From: Octopus sinensis
Taxonomy: Eukaryota
Reading direction: 5' to 3'
DNA length: 64,000 bases
Assembly: GCF_006345805.1 (NCBI RefSeq)
Contig: NC_043022.1
Location: forward strand, 10,974,001-11,038,000
The notes under the pieces were generated by a model, which was not told the origin of the DNA, did no database searches, and saw only the letters and a list, made by a program, of their open reading frames with translations. The position numbers and the translations under genes were made by a program. Below, piece by piece: positions 52,459 through 63,605 of this stretch. The first letter of the stretch is position 1, and each line of letters starts with the position of its first letter.

Positions 52459-52777
52459 CTGGTTATTGTCTTCTACAGTGTTTATCATTTGAGATCTCTT
52501 TCCTCCCTATATGGTTCATTAACTCAGAAGGATTTCTGTCTCTATAAATATTAGTTAGAGTATAACTAATGTTCATTCTGATGCAGACATACAATATTAA
52601 AGCTTGGTGAATATTTCTAACTTAATTTCATTGTGTGGGTGGTAGACATTAAAAGAACTCTTTCCTTCCAGTTGACATTTTAATCCTGTAATATAGGAGT
52701 GGGAGAATCACTTGCCTGCAGACAAGATTTTATTTACAGTCAAATTTTAAACTGTCTGCTGACAAAGTCTGCAGAAA

Positions 52778-52818
<41 letters not shown>

Positions 52819-53289
52819 CTGAAATAGTAAGTTAATATGATTCACACAATTATAAATTTGTGAAATTGAAGATAAATTTCTTTTCCATAGAAATGCTTCT
52901 CCATGAGTTCTTACACATTTGAAATTCACCCCAGTACTAAAAAGCTTCCCCAATCCTGCTCTGATGTGTCTGATAATAAGGAAAGTAGTAGCAAAGACCA
53001 CTTAGATCAAGTTTGAAGATAATAGTTTATTAATTTCACCCCAAAACAGCAAACTGAGTTGACAGGATTTAACACACTTGCTAAAGAACAAATATATATA
53101 CTTCATAAACAATGCTGTGCTGTGTTATTCCTTCTTTTCACTTTACACACATTTAAAAACTGTGACACACATAACTGGCTGAAATGACAGATGGGAGTCT
53201 AATTCCACCTATTCTGCGATTAAAAATCTGGCAACCAGCAAGATCATAAATAGTTCACCCTCCAACTCTGTTAGTGTTCTACTTAAACT

Positions 53290-53870
53290 TTTGTATGTTG
53301 ACAACTGCAGGAAAGAGATAAATAGGATGGAGATTTCAGAGGGCAACTATTATGAAGAGAGGACCGGATATAGTGTGCAGAGCAGGACATGGTCCCAAGA
53401 CACCAGGGGAGATGAGAAGAGAAGAGACAAGTGGCTAGAAGTGCATGAGTGGAGGTGGCTCAAGATCAGCCAGCTTCAAAGATTAGAAGCCATTATTATA
53501 GTAGTAGAAAAGGTTGGGAGAATAAATAGCATGCATGTAGGCCCCAAATTAGGGCATGTTAACGAGTGATTTTACACCAATCAGTCAAGTAGCTTGTCTC
53601 TGGAAACAAGCAAGGAAGTCTGTTTCTGTAGCTGAAGTAGCATCCCAGAAATGGAAGAAATATTCCATTGTGGGCTTCACTTGAGCTTTGTAGAGAACCA
53701 ACAACTGTTGGGGGCTGATGAAATTTGTGGAACTGTAGAGAATGACATGTGGTCTTAGATATATTTAGAATGTACTTTATCCATGAGAGACTTTTGGCAA
53801 TAGTGAGGCCTAATGTCTGGAGCAACTGTGAGGGCTCTGACTGAGTGCCGCTCATGTTTAAGTGGGGTGT
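53290..53870 (-). mobile_element. CR1-like LINE RT C-terminus and 3' end
   Basis: LGLTIAKSLSWIKYILNISK and QLLVLYKAQVKPTMEY..HFW motifs. Confidence 0.7.
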
Positions 53871-54101
53871 GATGCAATGATGTTTTCTTGATATGAGTAG
53901 TGATTGTGTATGTTGTGTTTTGGTGTTAAAATAGAAAAATTTGACATGGTCCTTTTAGAAGATGTTTTTAAGGTTTCCTTTCATGGAATTTATTTGTGCA
54001 GGTTTGGTATGTGGTTCTTAAGCTGTGTCTGGATGATGCATGGTTTGAGGAAGGTTTAGGTAGAATGAAGGGTTGTATCACCTGTCTCATAGGGCAACTA
54101 T

Positions 54102-54804
54102 TATCTGCCACATTCAGATGGTGCTTTTTACATGTCACCGGCACGGGTGTCTTAACTACAATTTCCATTTGAATTTTTATTTTAACGTTGACGTTCTCGA
54201 CTCAACAGGTCTCCTCAAGAACAGCGGGTCAATCTACGATCCAAGGTTAGCACAGCAGGCCGTCATGCGAGCCATGAACTCGCTTAGAATATATATAGAT
54301 ATGAATATTCATATTGTTGAATATGACGGCAAGCTTTTGTCTATGAAATTTCACTCATAAGATATTAGTCAACTCAGGGCCATGCTAAAAAATACATCAT
54401 GACCAAGATGTTGCGCAGTTGGTCTGAAATTGGAACTATACAGTTGCACAGCAAACTTCTTAACTGCACAACAATGATGATGATAGAGTAAAAGAAAGAG
54501 TTTTGTCAACAGACACCACAGTGATGCAATCTGACAGGAATCAGACATCCAAAATATGGGAAATGGGTGGATCCCCTAGGTAGAAAGTTTCAATAGAATA
54601 TTCATATCTATATATATTCTAAGTGAGTTCATGGCTCGCATGACGGCCTGCTGTGCTAACCTTGGATCGTAGATTGACCCGCTGTTCTTGAGGAGACCTG
54701 TTGAGTCGAGAACGTCAACGTTAAAATAAAAATTCAAATGGAAATTGTAGTTAAGACACCCGTGCCGGTGACATGTAAAAAGCACCATCTGAATGTGGCA
54801 GATA
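54102..54804. repeat. Near-perfect 215-bp inverted duplication (54102-54316 and 54591-54804)
   Basis: Direct comparison; one substitution and one terminal indel seen. Confidence 0.9.
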
Positions 54805-55076
54805 CTAGCGCCGCCTGACTGGCGTCCGTGTCGGTGATATGTAAAAGCACCGACTGATCGTGGGCATTTGCCAGCCTGCTCTGGCCCCTGTGCCAGTGGC
54901 ACGTAAAAAACATCCACTACACTCACGGAGTGGTTGGCTTTAGGAAGGGCATCCGGCTGTAGAAACACTGCCAAATCAGACTGGAGCCTGGTGCAGCCTC
55001 CATGGCTAACAAGACCCCGGTCAAACCGTCCAACCTGTGCTCGCATGGAAAATGGATGTATGATGATGATGATGAT
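54591..55076 (+). mobile_element. RTE 3' UTR element with (GAT)n tail
   Basis: gtgccggtgacatgtaaaaagcacc units, ggaagggcatcc, gatgatgat tail. Confidence 0.75.
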
Positions 55077-55309
55077 TCTACAAATTTTTGCAGTTTCCAT
55101 CTCCCAGAGGCTACATTGAAAGACATTTGGTCAAAGTACAGCACAAGCAGGAGATCAAACTTGGAACCCCATGGTTGTGAGGTGAACTTCATAAACCATA
55201 TGACCATGTTTATGCCTATATAACCTTACTGTGCAGCATGTTGACAAAATACCAAACTTTACTATAACAAAGAATACACTTGGTTTTGTGGAAAAAAAAA
55301 AGGACTTAC

Positions 55310-55411
55310 ATATTTTCGTTGCTAGCCTCAGCCTTTTCTAACTCAAGGCGGGCCTCTTCTTCTTCCTCATTTAAAATGAAAATTCTTTCCTGGCATTGCT
55401 TAAACTCCTCC
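55310..55411 (-). CDS. CFAP74: CFAP74 coding exon 3
   Basis: tttttag|...|gtaagt; 102 nt, phase 2-2; EEFKQCQERIFILNEEEEEARLELEKAEASNEN (coiled coil). Confidence 0.85.
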
Positions 55412-56427
55412 CTAAAAATGAGTTTAAACATTACAATGATGATGATGATAATGATGAGAGGAAGGAGAGTATCAATAAAGATATCTTATTAAAGTATAAG
55501 ACTGATTTTGTTTGTTTTTGAAGAGAATTATTATTAACTTATCTATTACTGGTTCTTATTTTTTGCCAGAATGAAAGCTTCTGTGTAGAAATCTCACCAA
55601 CAAGCTTATAGATTAAATGTAGAGTTAAAATAACCAAGTGAACACAGCAGTGAGATCAAATCCACAGTGGTCATTTACCTCATTGTCTCTTTGCTGTAAT
55701 ATGTTCTTTTCATTCGGTCTCAATTCATGTAATCTTGAGGAAATATGTACCAGTACATGTAAGATGTTAATATCTTATCAAAGAGGAAGATTTGTTTTTT
55801 AACTCCTTACTGCTATAGAAACTAAACTCAGGAATTTGTTCTATCAGCTCTTGTGGTTTATGTCAAAGGATTAATTTTTACTATGTCAGATAGTCATGAT
55901 AAACTTTTGTCACATTAACTGTAGCCATGTGTACTTTTATCTTAGATTTTTTTTCCTAAAATAACAGACATCATATATTTTTTTTCCTTGGCTATCTTGC
56001 TTTTTCTTAAGTTATTTTTAACTTGTTCAAATCATAGATTTACACATGTTTCTTTTTTCAGCAAAAGTGCTTTTTCTCATGTTATAAAGTTTTCACATGG
56101 CATTCTTCTTTCTCACTTTTAATCTTTTATTTGAAGTTTTCTAAAACAAAATTTATTTTCCTCATCTTCTTAATTTAAAAAATAATTACAAATTTAAAGA
56201 AATCTAGTAAAATAATTAACTTTGTCGTTATTAAACAAGTGCTTTGAACTTTTTATATAAGATTTTGATGGCGTTTGAATACAAACATATTCAATAGGGT
56301 AGGTAGATAGATCTATGTGAAAGAACTTGAAGCAACCTCAGACAGGCTGCTTTTAAAAGAGTTAAAAGCAAAATTACTGGTACCAAAATTACTGGATAAA
56401 AATTCATTTGATAAAAAAAGGATTTAC

Positions 56428-56565
56428 CATAACTGATCGAGGTTGATCTGAGATCTCTCTAAGTTATTGTCTAGAAGGCGGAGATAGCGTTGTAGTTCAA
56501 GATAATTGTGAAGATTCAGCTGGAATTCTGGACTTTTGTCCTTTTCATTATCCTCTTCAATACTT
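56428..56565 (-). CDS. CFAP74: CFAP74 coding exon 2
   Basis: ttttatag|...|gtaaat; 138 nt, phase 2-2; SIEEDNEKDKSPEFQLNLHNYLELQRYLRLLDNNLERSQINLDQL. Confidence 0.85.
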
Positions 56566-57377
56566 CTATAAAACAAATAAAGCACTTATTAAAAATCCAA
56601 TAATTAAAGTTAACCTCTTATTCTTTTACTGGTTTCAGTTGTTGGAATGTAGCTATGGTAGGGTACATATGATCAGGTAAAAATCTTCAAAGTTTTTAGT
56701 CAATTATGAATCTCATTACTTATTTCAGTCTGCTACTTATTATATTGGCTTTTATTTATTAAATAGCTAAGTTACATTTGGTGTAAATGGATGAAATGCA
56801 ATGCACCATTTTATTCTGGTACATACAAATACACATTTACATACACACACACATGATGGTGAAAGAGTGTGGGTTAGTGGTTAGGGTGTTAAAATTACAA
56901 TCTTAAGGGAGGGGGTTAGGTTCTGTGACTAAGTGACAAGTTGTGTTCTTGAGAAAGGTAGTTAATTTCACATTGCTCCAGTTTACTCAGCTGAAATTTG
57001 TAGAGTCTTCTCTCTTACAGCTGCCATCTTCTGGAAGTTCTGCCAGATTAAGAGTAGGAGAACTGAGTGGGTGTCTTTGCTCATGACTATATAGGCACCT
57101 AAAACAATTAGTGAAAGCATGGTACATGCTTTCACTGACTGGTACTTTCTACAGTTTCTTTCTACCAAAATTTATAACCCAAGGCTAAGGGAGAAGACAC
57201 TTGGCCCAACGTGATAATCAATAAAACCATGGAAGAATGTAGGTGTGAAGTGAACCTCTTAACTTCTTTATCACATGGCTATAGCTATGTCTATACTAAG
57301 TTTTCATATATTTTATTGATTTTCTTCTTTTTAGTAAATTAAATCACTTGTGAAGGTCAGGCTTAAAATGGAGAAAT

Positions 57378-57428
<51 letters not shown>

Positions 57429-57495
57429 TGATAGAGAGATGAACTCCTTTTTTAACAGAAAAGCTTTGTAACAGAAGAATTATTCATGAACTTAC

Positions 57496-57797
57496 ATGTG
57501 GCTAGCACCGGAAGACAGAGATAAAGTTTCATCATCAGACTCAGGGCCCCACTGTCCAACATCAAGAAATGCCTTTTCTTTCACATCTTGTGGGTCCCTT
57601 GATGCATGCTCAATACCTTCTTTTGTGTACTCCACTTCATTAGGAACATCTGTGTATTCTCCTTCATTGAGAGTATCTGTGTGTGCTACTTCATTTGGAA
57701 CATCAGGCACCAAAACTTCAATTTGTTGCAGAGGTTCTTCTTCTGGTACCTCATTCTTTTCATTCCATTCTTCATCCAAGTTATCCACTTTGTCCAT
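57496..57797 (-). CDS. CFAP74: CFAP74 coding exon 1 (putative ATG; acidic N-terminus)
   Basis: ORF MDKVDNLDEEW...SGASH ends at CACAT|gtaag donor (phase 2); AG acceptors just upstream of the ATG; joins exon 2 in frame. An upstream coding exon cannot be excluded. Confidence 0.75.
57624..57704 (-). repeat. Coding 27-bp tandem repeat x3
   Basis: DVPNEVAHT / DTLNEGEYT / DVPNEVEYT. Confidence 0.85.
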
Positions 57798-59448
57798 AAT
57801 GTATTTCCTGTCTTACTGTTTTCAACAAAAAATTATATCAAAACATTAATAAACATCAAAGAAAAAGTGACTTAGTTTAAACTCTTATGATACCAAACTG
57901 CTTGAAACTGTCCCTAGTTCTATGAATGAAAACTGTCTATTTTTAATTGCTACTATTTAAATTAAATCATTCCATAATGATCTTGTGTAAGAAATTTTTG
58001 TTAAGTTATGTCTCAGACATTGATTAATAATAAAGAAAGCTAATTGTTAAGACCCTCTTGATTTATTATGATTTTCAAAATCCAGTAAAACAAGTAGTGT
58101 AGCATATTAGAAAGGGTTAACTTGAGCAAAAAATATAACTACTTGTTAATTGTAATATGAAAACTAAATATGAACACTCACAAGTTATATATACATGCAA
58201 ATACATTGCATATGTTCAACATCTATCAGTCACCCCTTGCTGTATCCTCAATACATTCATTTGTGTACACTACTTCACTGTATAGTGACTGTATAGACTC
58301 TTATTTATAAATTATTTATAAGAAGCATATACACATTGGGGATAGGAATATGAAAATCTCATCTACACATGTGTAAACATTCACAAATTATATACACATA
58401 TACAGACATACATTGGTAAAATGGAGTCATTCAAACTACAAGAAATAGCAATAAAATATCCTTAATCCTCCTCCTTCATCATCATCATAATCATTTAACC
58501 CATGCCATACTTGCATGGGTTGGATGGTTCAACATGAACAGACAAACCAGAGGGCTGCATTGAGCTCCAATGTCTGCTTTGGCATGGTTTCTACAGCTGG
58601 ATGCCTTTCAAATGCAAACCATTTCACAGAGTGTACTGAGTATTTTTTTTTATTTTTGGTGGCACCAGTGGTGGTAAAGTCATCAAGTAACTCACAAGAT
58701 AAGAGTCAGATACTGAAGGATAAGAAAAGACAGAGGGAAGAGCAAGCATCTTGCCGAAGAAATGAATACATGGTTTGCCCATTCGGAGAGAGATGTGAGG
58801 TTAGAGTACAAGGTGAATATAAAAGACAGAAGAACAGAAAACTTGGATGGGAAGGTAAGTGTGCTGGAGTGACTAGTGTAACAGATGATTAGAGATAGGG
58901 AACGATTTGGACACAAAGAATATCAGTCCAGCAGAGGGGAAGTGAAGGAAGGAAATAGGGTACTGAAAAAAATATTGGAGGAGTTAGTTACACACAAATA
59001 TATATATAAATATATATATGCATGCATGCGTGTGTGTGTGTGTGTGTGTGTATGTGTGTGTGTGTGTGTTCTTCTTCATCTCCTCTTCTATTCCATTTGT
59101 TTCTATAACTAGTTGACCCTGAATGTTCAAGATGTAAAGTGGTTGCTGTAAGGAAAGGAGTCCAACCATAGAAACCATACCAAAGCAGAAACTAGAGCTT
59201 GGTGCAGTCTTATGACATGCCAGCCACTGTTAAATTGTCCAACTCATGCCAGCATGGATATATGTATGTATGTATATATTAAAAAAAATATAAAAATTTA
59301 TAAATATAAATTAAAAATTTTAAATTTAAATAATTTAAATTTTATATTTTATATATTTTGTATATTATATTAATTATATTTATTTTTATGTATTGGTTTA
59401 TGTTTTTCACTGTTTGATTTGCCTAATAGTGGTTTTATCTCTAATATA

Positions 59449-59494
<46 letters not shown>

Positions 59495-59529
59495 AACTCA
59501 TGCCAGCATGGATATATATATATATCCAC

Positions 59530-61534
59530 TGTTGCAAGACAGTGTGTGAGAGAGAATTGTGATGTAGGAGAGAAATGTGTCCACGTGGATGATAGTTCAC
59601 TTGCACTAAACGAGGCTGCAAAGAGAGAGGTTTGGAGACGCCACTATGAAAGGTTGCTCAATAAAGAAAATTGGGAGAAAGAGAGTCTGCTGAATGTCGA
59701 CCCAACAGAGGGACCAGCTATCCGAGTTGACAGTACCTTGGTAGATAAAGCAATTAAGAGTATGAAGACAGGGAAAGCCCCCCCTCCCATCAGGAATCAC
59801 TGCAGAGATGCTCAAAATATCTGGTAGTGTCAGCTATAGCCTAGTCACCTGTATAGTTAACCAGGTGATACATGAAGGAGTCATACCCAATTTCAGGCAG
59901 AGGTAGGGGTACACCAAAATTCAGTCCTCAGCCCCCTCCTATTTATCATAGTCCTCCAGGCAATAACAGAGGAATTCAAGACAGGATGCTCCTGGAAGTT
60001 CCTCTATGCTGACGACCTAGCTTTAATTGCTGAGTCATTATCAGAACTAGAGGAGAAGTTTCAGGTGTGGAAACAAGGATTAGAATCGAAGGGCCTTAGA
60101 GTCAACCTAGCTAAAACTAAAGTCCTAATAAGTAGAAAGGCAGGCAAACCACAAATCCCTTCAGGTAGATGGCCCTGCTCGATCTGTAGAGAAGGTGTAG
60201 GTCGAAACTCAATAAGATGTACCCAGTGTAAGCTATGGACACATAAGAGGTGCAGCAATATCAAAGGAAGGCTAACTGGTAAGACAGTTTTTGTATGTGG
60301 CAGATGCTCAGGAGCAATAAATACTGAAAATGTGCAGAGAACAACTTCCGCCACATTCCAGGGAGAAAAACTAGAAGTAGTTGATAGCTTCCATTACCTA
60401 GGTGACCAAGTCAGTAGTAGGACGGGGTGGTGGTATGGGCCTGAAACTGTAGCTGCTAGAATAAGAATAGCCTGGGCAAAGTTCAGAGAGCTTTTACCTC
60501 TGCTGGTGACAAAGGGCCTCTTGCTCAGAGTAAAAGGTGGACTGTATGACACATGTGTACGAACAGCCATGCTACACGGCAGTGAAACATGGGCTGTGAC
60601 TGCTAAGGACATGTGTAAGCTCACAAGGAATGAAGCCAGTATACTCCAATGGATGTGTAATGTCAGTGTGCATACTCGACAGTGTAAGTACCTTGAGAGA
60701 AAAGTTGGACCTAAGAAGCATTAGATGTGGTGTGCAAGAGAGACGACTGCGCTGGTATGGTGATGTGGCGAGAATGGATGAGGATAGCTGTGAAAAAGTG
60801 CCACACCCTAGCAGTTGAGGGAATCTGTGGAAGAGGTAGACCAAGGAAGACCTAGGATGAGGTGGTGAAACATGACCTTCGAACATTAGGCCTCACAGAG
60901 GCAATGACTAGTGACTGAGACCTTTGTAAATATGCTGTGCTTGAGAAAACCGGGCAAGCCAAGTGAGACCATAACCTCGTGGCCTATGCCAGGGGTGTAA
61001 CTAGCCCACTTATGCGTACCTTTCCTTCACTGGACACTAAACTCTGCTTGTGAAGACCTGTTGAGGCAAGTGAAATCGAAATCAAATTCAATGACTGGCA
61101 TCCATGTTGGTGGAGCGCTAAGAGCACCATCCAAGCGTGATCATTGCCAGAGCAGCTGACTGGCTTCCATGCTGGTGGCACATAAAAAGCACCATTTGAG
61201 CGTGGTCGTTATCAGTGTCGCCTTACTGGCAATTGTGCTGGTGGAACGTGAAAAACCATTTGAGTGAGGTCATTACCAGTGCCGCTGGACTGGCTCCTGT
61301 GCAGGTGGCATGTATATAACACCATTGCCAGTACTGGCTGATTGGCCCTTGAGCCGGTGGCATGTAAAAGCACCCACTACACTCTTGGAGTGGTTGGTGT
61401 TAGGAAGGGCATCGAGTTGTAGAAACTCTGCCAGATCAGCTTGGAGCCTGGTGCAGCCATCTGGTTTGCCAGTCCTCAGTCAAATTGTCCAAACCATGCT
61501 AGCATGGAAGGCAGATGTTAAACGATGATGATGA

Positions 61535-61540
<6 letters not shown>
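59530..61540 (+). mobile_element. RTE-clade LINE, 5' truncated and internally deleted, with 3' UTR and (GAT)n/(TA)n tail
   Basis: WRRHYERLLN, KTGKAP, LYADDL, KGLRVNLAKTKVL, Cys-rich insert, LRWYGDVARMDED; deletion near 59892. Confidence 0.9.
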
Positions 61541-61587
<47 letters not shown>

Positions 61588-61679
61588 TAGATAGATATAT
61601 ATATACATACATACATATACAGACATACATACATACATATACATACATATACAAACATATAAATAAATGAAAGAATGGA

Positions 61680-62800
61680 GTCGAACGACGATTTAACAAA
61701 ATTCCTTTATTCTCAACATATGTTTCGAAGACTGCATATTCTCAATTCCGAAGGAATAAAGGGTGCATTATGCCACCTTCTCATCAGGAAAAACAAGGAA
61801 CTTATGTCAGCATCATGGCGAACAAAAACTTTTAGATGACTGCCCACACGGAGTCCATAGTGATAATGAGTGTTTCTTTAAAATATTCCGTTATAAGCAG
61901 TGACGTCAAAATTGGTTGGATGGAGAAGATTCTAAAGAGTTCAAGAGTTCAAAAATGGTTGGAATGGGAAAGTTCTAAGAATAGGAGGGTGACAGAGTGC
62001 AAGTCGTATGTATGGTGATGCGTTGTTGTTTGCTTTTGCTAATGAGATTGAGTGCCTATGTGTGTGTATGTATATAACTGCATTCATGTCTATGTGTGTG
62101 TATGTGTGTGTGTGTGGGGGATAAATGTCAAATACATCTAGTGGTGAAGTGACAGTTTTGTGTCTGTGTGTTTGATGGTGCTTATGATAGAGAGAGGGAG
62201 AGAGAGAGAGAGGGGGAGAGGTAGAGAGACTAAGGTAAAACATACCCTAACGAGTTTGGTAGTAGCTCTTCATGTAACTGAGTATAAAAAAAATATTCTA
62301 TGGCGTTGTTGTAGAAGTAGAACCACATTATTAAATTCAAGGAGGTTATCTATATTATTCATCATTCATATGAGTGGAAGGTGTGCTTCCTCCAGTGCAT
62401 GCACCTATAGGATTTTTCTACCATTGTGTTTACTAAAGGGAATTTAGCGAAAAGTATATAGAAAAGTTCGGAATTACAGACGGCACAATATTTTCTGCCC
62501 TTATCAAAAGGAAAGGATACAGACAATATGGACCATTCCAGCTTGAAAGTTATATTGTTGTCCTTAAGACGCCAAACTAATTTACTTAGTCCTGTACTTT
62601 GTTGTTTTCTCTTATCTCGGAAAGTTGAATAATGATTGGAAATCCTATGGGATAATTTAGAAGTAGTTGCCCCAACACAGAAGACACCAGTACCAGAAGA
62701 AACTTTACACTGGTAAATGGAACTGCAAAGGAAGGTTTGACTTGATTTGTTTTCCGAAAGGTAAAGTTCTTATCCAGTAATTCCAAAATTAGAAATTCCA
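61680..62800 (-). mobile_element. Penelope-like element 3' part: GIY-YIG endonuclease plus 3' UTR
   Basis: Minus-strand frame missed by the track: IYQCKV...VGATTSKLSHRISNHYSTF...LSKLVWRLKD...WSIL...CAVCNSE...RCMHWRKH*. Confidence 0.8.
61709..61794 (-). ncRNA. Type I hammerhead ribozyme in PLE 3' UTR
   Basis: gtttttc CTGATGA gaag...cttc GAAA C-ATAT-G TT gagaat; long stem II; lies downstream of a PLE GIY-YIG fragment on the same strand. Confidence 0.7.
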
Positions 62801-62807
62801 TTTTGCT

Positions 62808-63505
62808 TATGGCCTCTCCTGCACTACTGTGTCCACAGCAGCACCTTCACGTGGTACCCCCTGTTCTCACTGAGCCTGCTGTGTGGCGCAACCGGGTGCT
62901 TGGCGGTATAACCAGGTGGGCAGACTGGGCTTGTTAGCCTTGGTTGGCAGCCAGTCTAGGAGAAGGAAAACTCTGACTCCAAACCCTCGCTCCGCTGCCT
63001 TGCGGATGCTCTTGGGAGAGGGAAAGGCTATGGGAGTAAACCCAGACAGAAGATCCGGAGTAGAGCCCCGAAGGCGGTAGGGTGTCGAATCTCGACCCTT
63101 TTCCGGCAACTCCTGCAGCCAACCAGACTCCAAACGTACTGCACTGCATTCCTTTGGATTATGTCTGGGGGGCCGAGAGGGAGATTCTGGTGTCTGGGCA
63201 GCCCAGTGTCTTCGTTCCTACCGCCCAGGCTTGCGCCATGGAGAAACTACTCCATCGATGGAACAAGCTGAGATGGCAGTTACGAGTTTTAAGCCAGGGT
63301 GAATTGGCGGAATCTCGGGCGCTACGGGCCGTCTCTAACGGTGGGAGGACAACTGCAGCAACACCCCACATGTACCCATCGATGTTCGTGTGCAGCAACT
63401 GTACCAGGGACTGCCACTCTAGAATTAGACTGTTCAGTCACAGCAGACGCTGCTCATCATCAAAGTAGGCCCCACCCTTATCGCGACCCATTGTCTATCA
63501 AGACA
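62808..63505 (+). mobile_element. Short non-autonomous RTE derivative (5' UTR joined to ORF 3' end)
   Basis: GC-rich 5' UTR; FVCSNCTRDCHSRIRLFSHSRRC* is the RTE C-terminal Cys/His motif; ccattgtctatcaagac 3' end runs into the gap. Confidence 0.75.
62834..62883 (+). ncRNA. HDV-like (CPEB3-like) ribozyme fold, 5' P1 strand missing
   Basis: P2 CACAGCAG/CTGCTGTG; P3 ACC/GGT; L3 TTCACGT; P1 3' strand ACCCCCT; GT; J4/2 CTGA; located at the 5' end of an RTE-like element. Confidence 0.55.
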
Positions 63506-63605
63506 NNNNNNNNNNNNNNNNNNNNNNNNNNNNNNNNNNNNNNNNNNNNNNNNNNNNNNNNNNNNNNNNNNNNNNNNNNNNNNNNNNNNNNNNNNNNNNN
63601 NNNNN
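63506..63605. other. Assembly gap (100 N)
   Basis: Run of n. Confidence 0.99.

Noticed and set aside
57800-62000. RFX X-box promoter expected for a ciliary gene
   Set aside because: No convincing GTTNCCATGGNAAC-like site found; the start site may lie elsewhere
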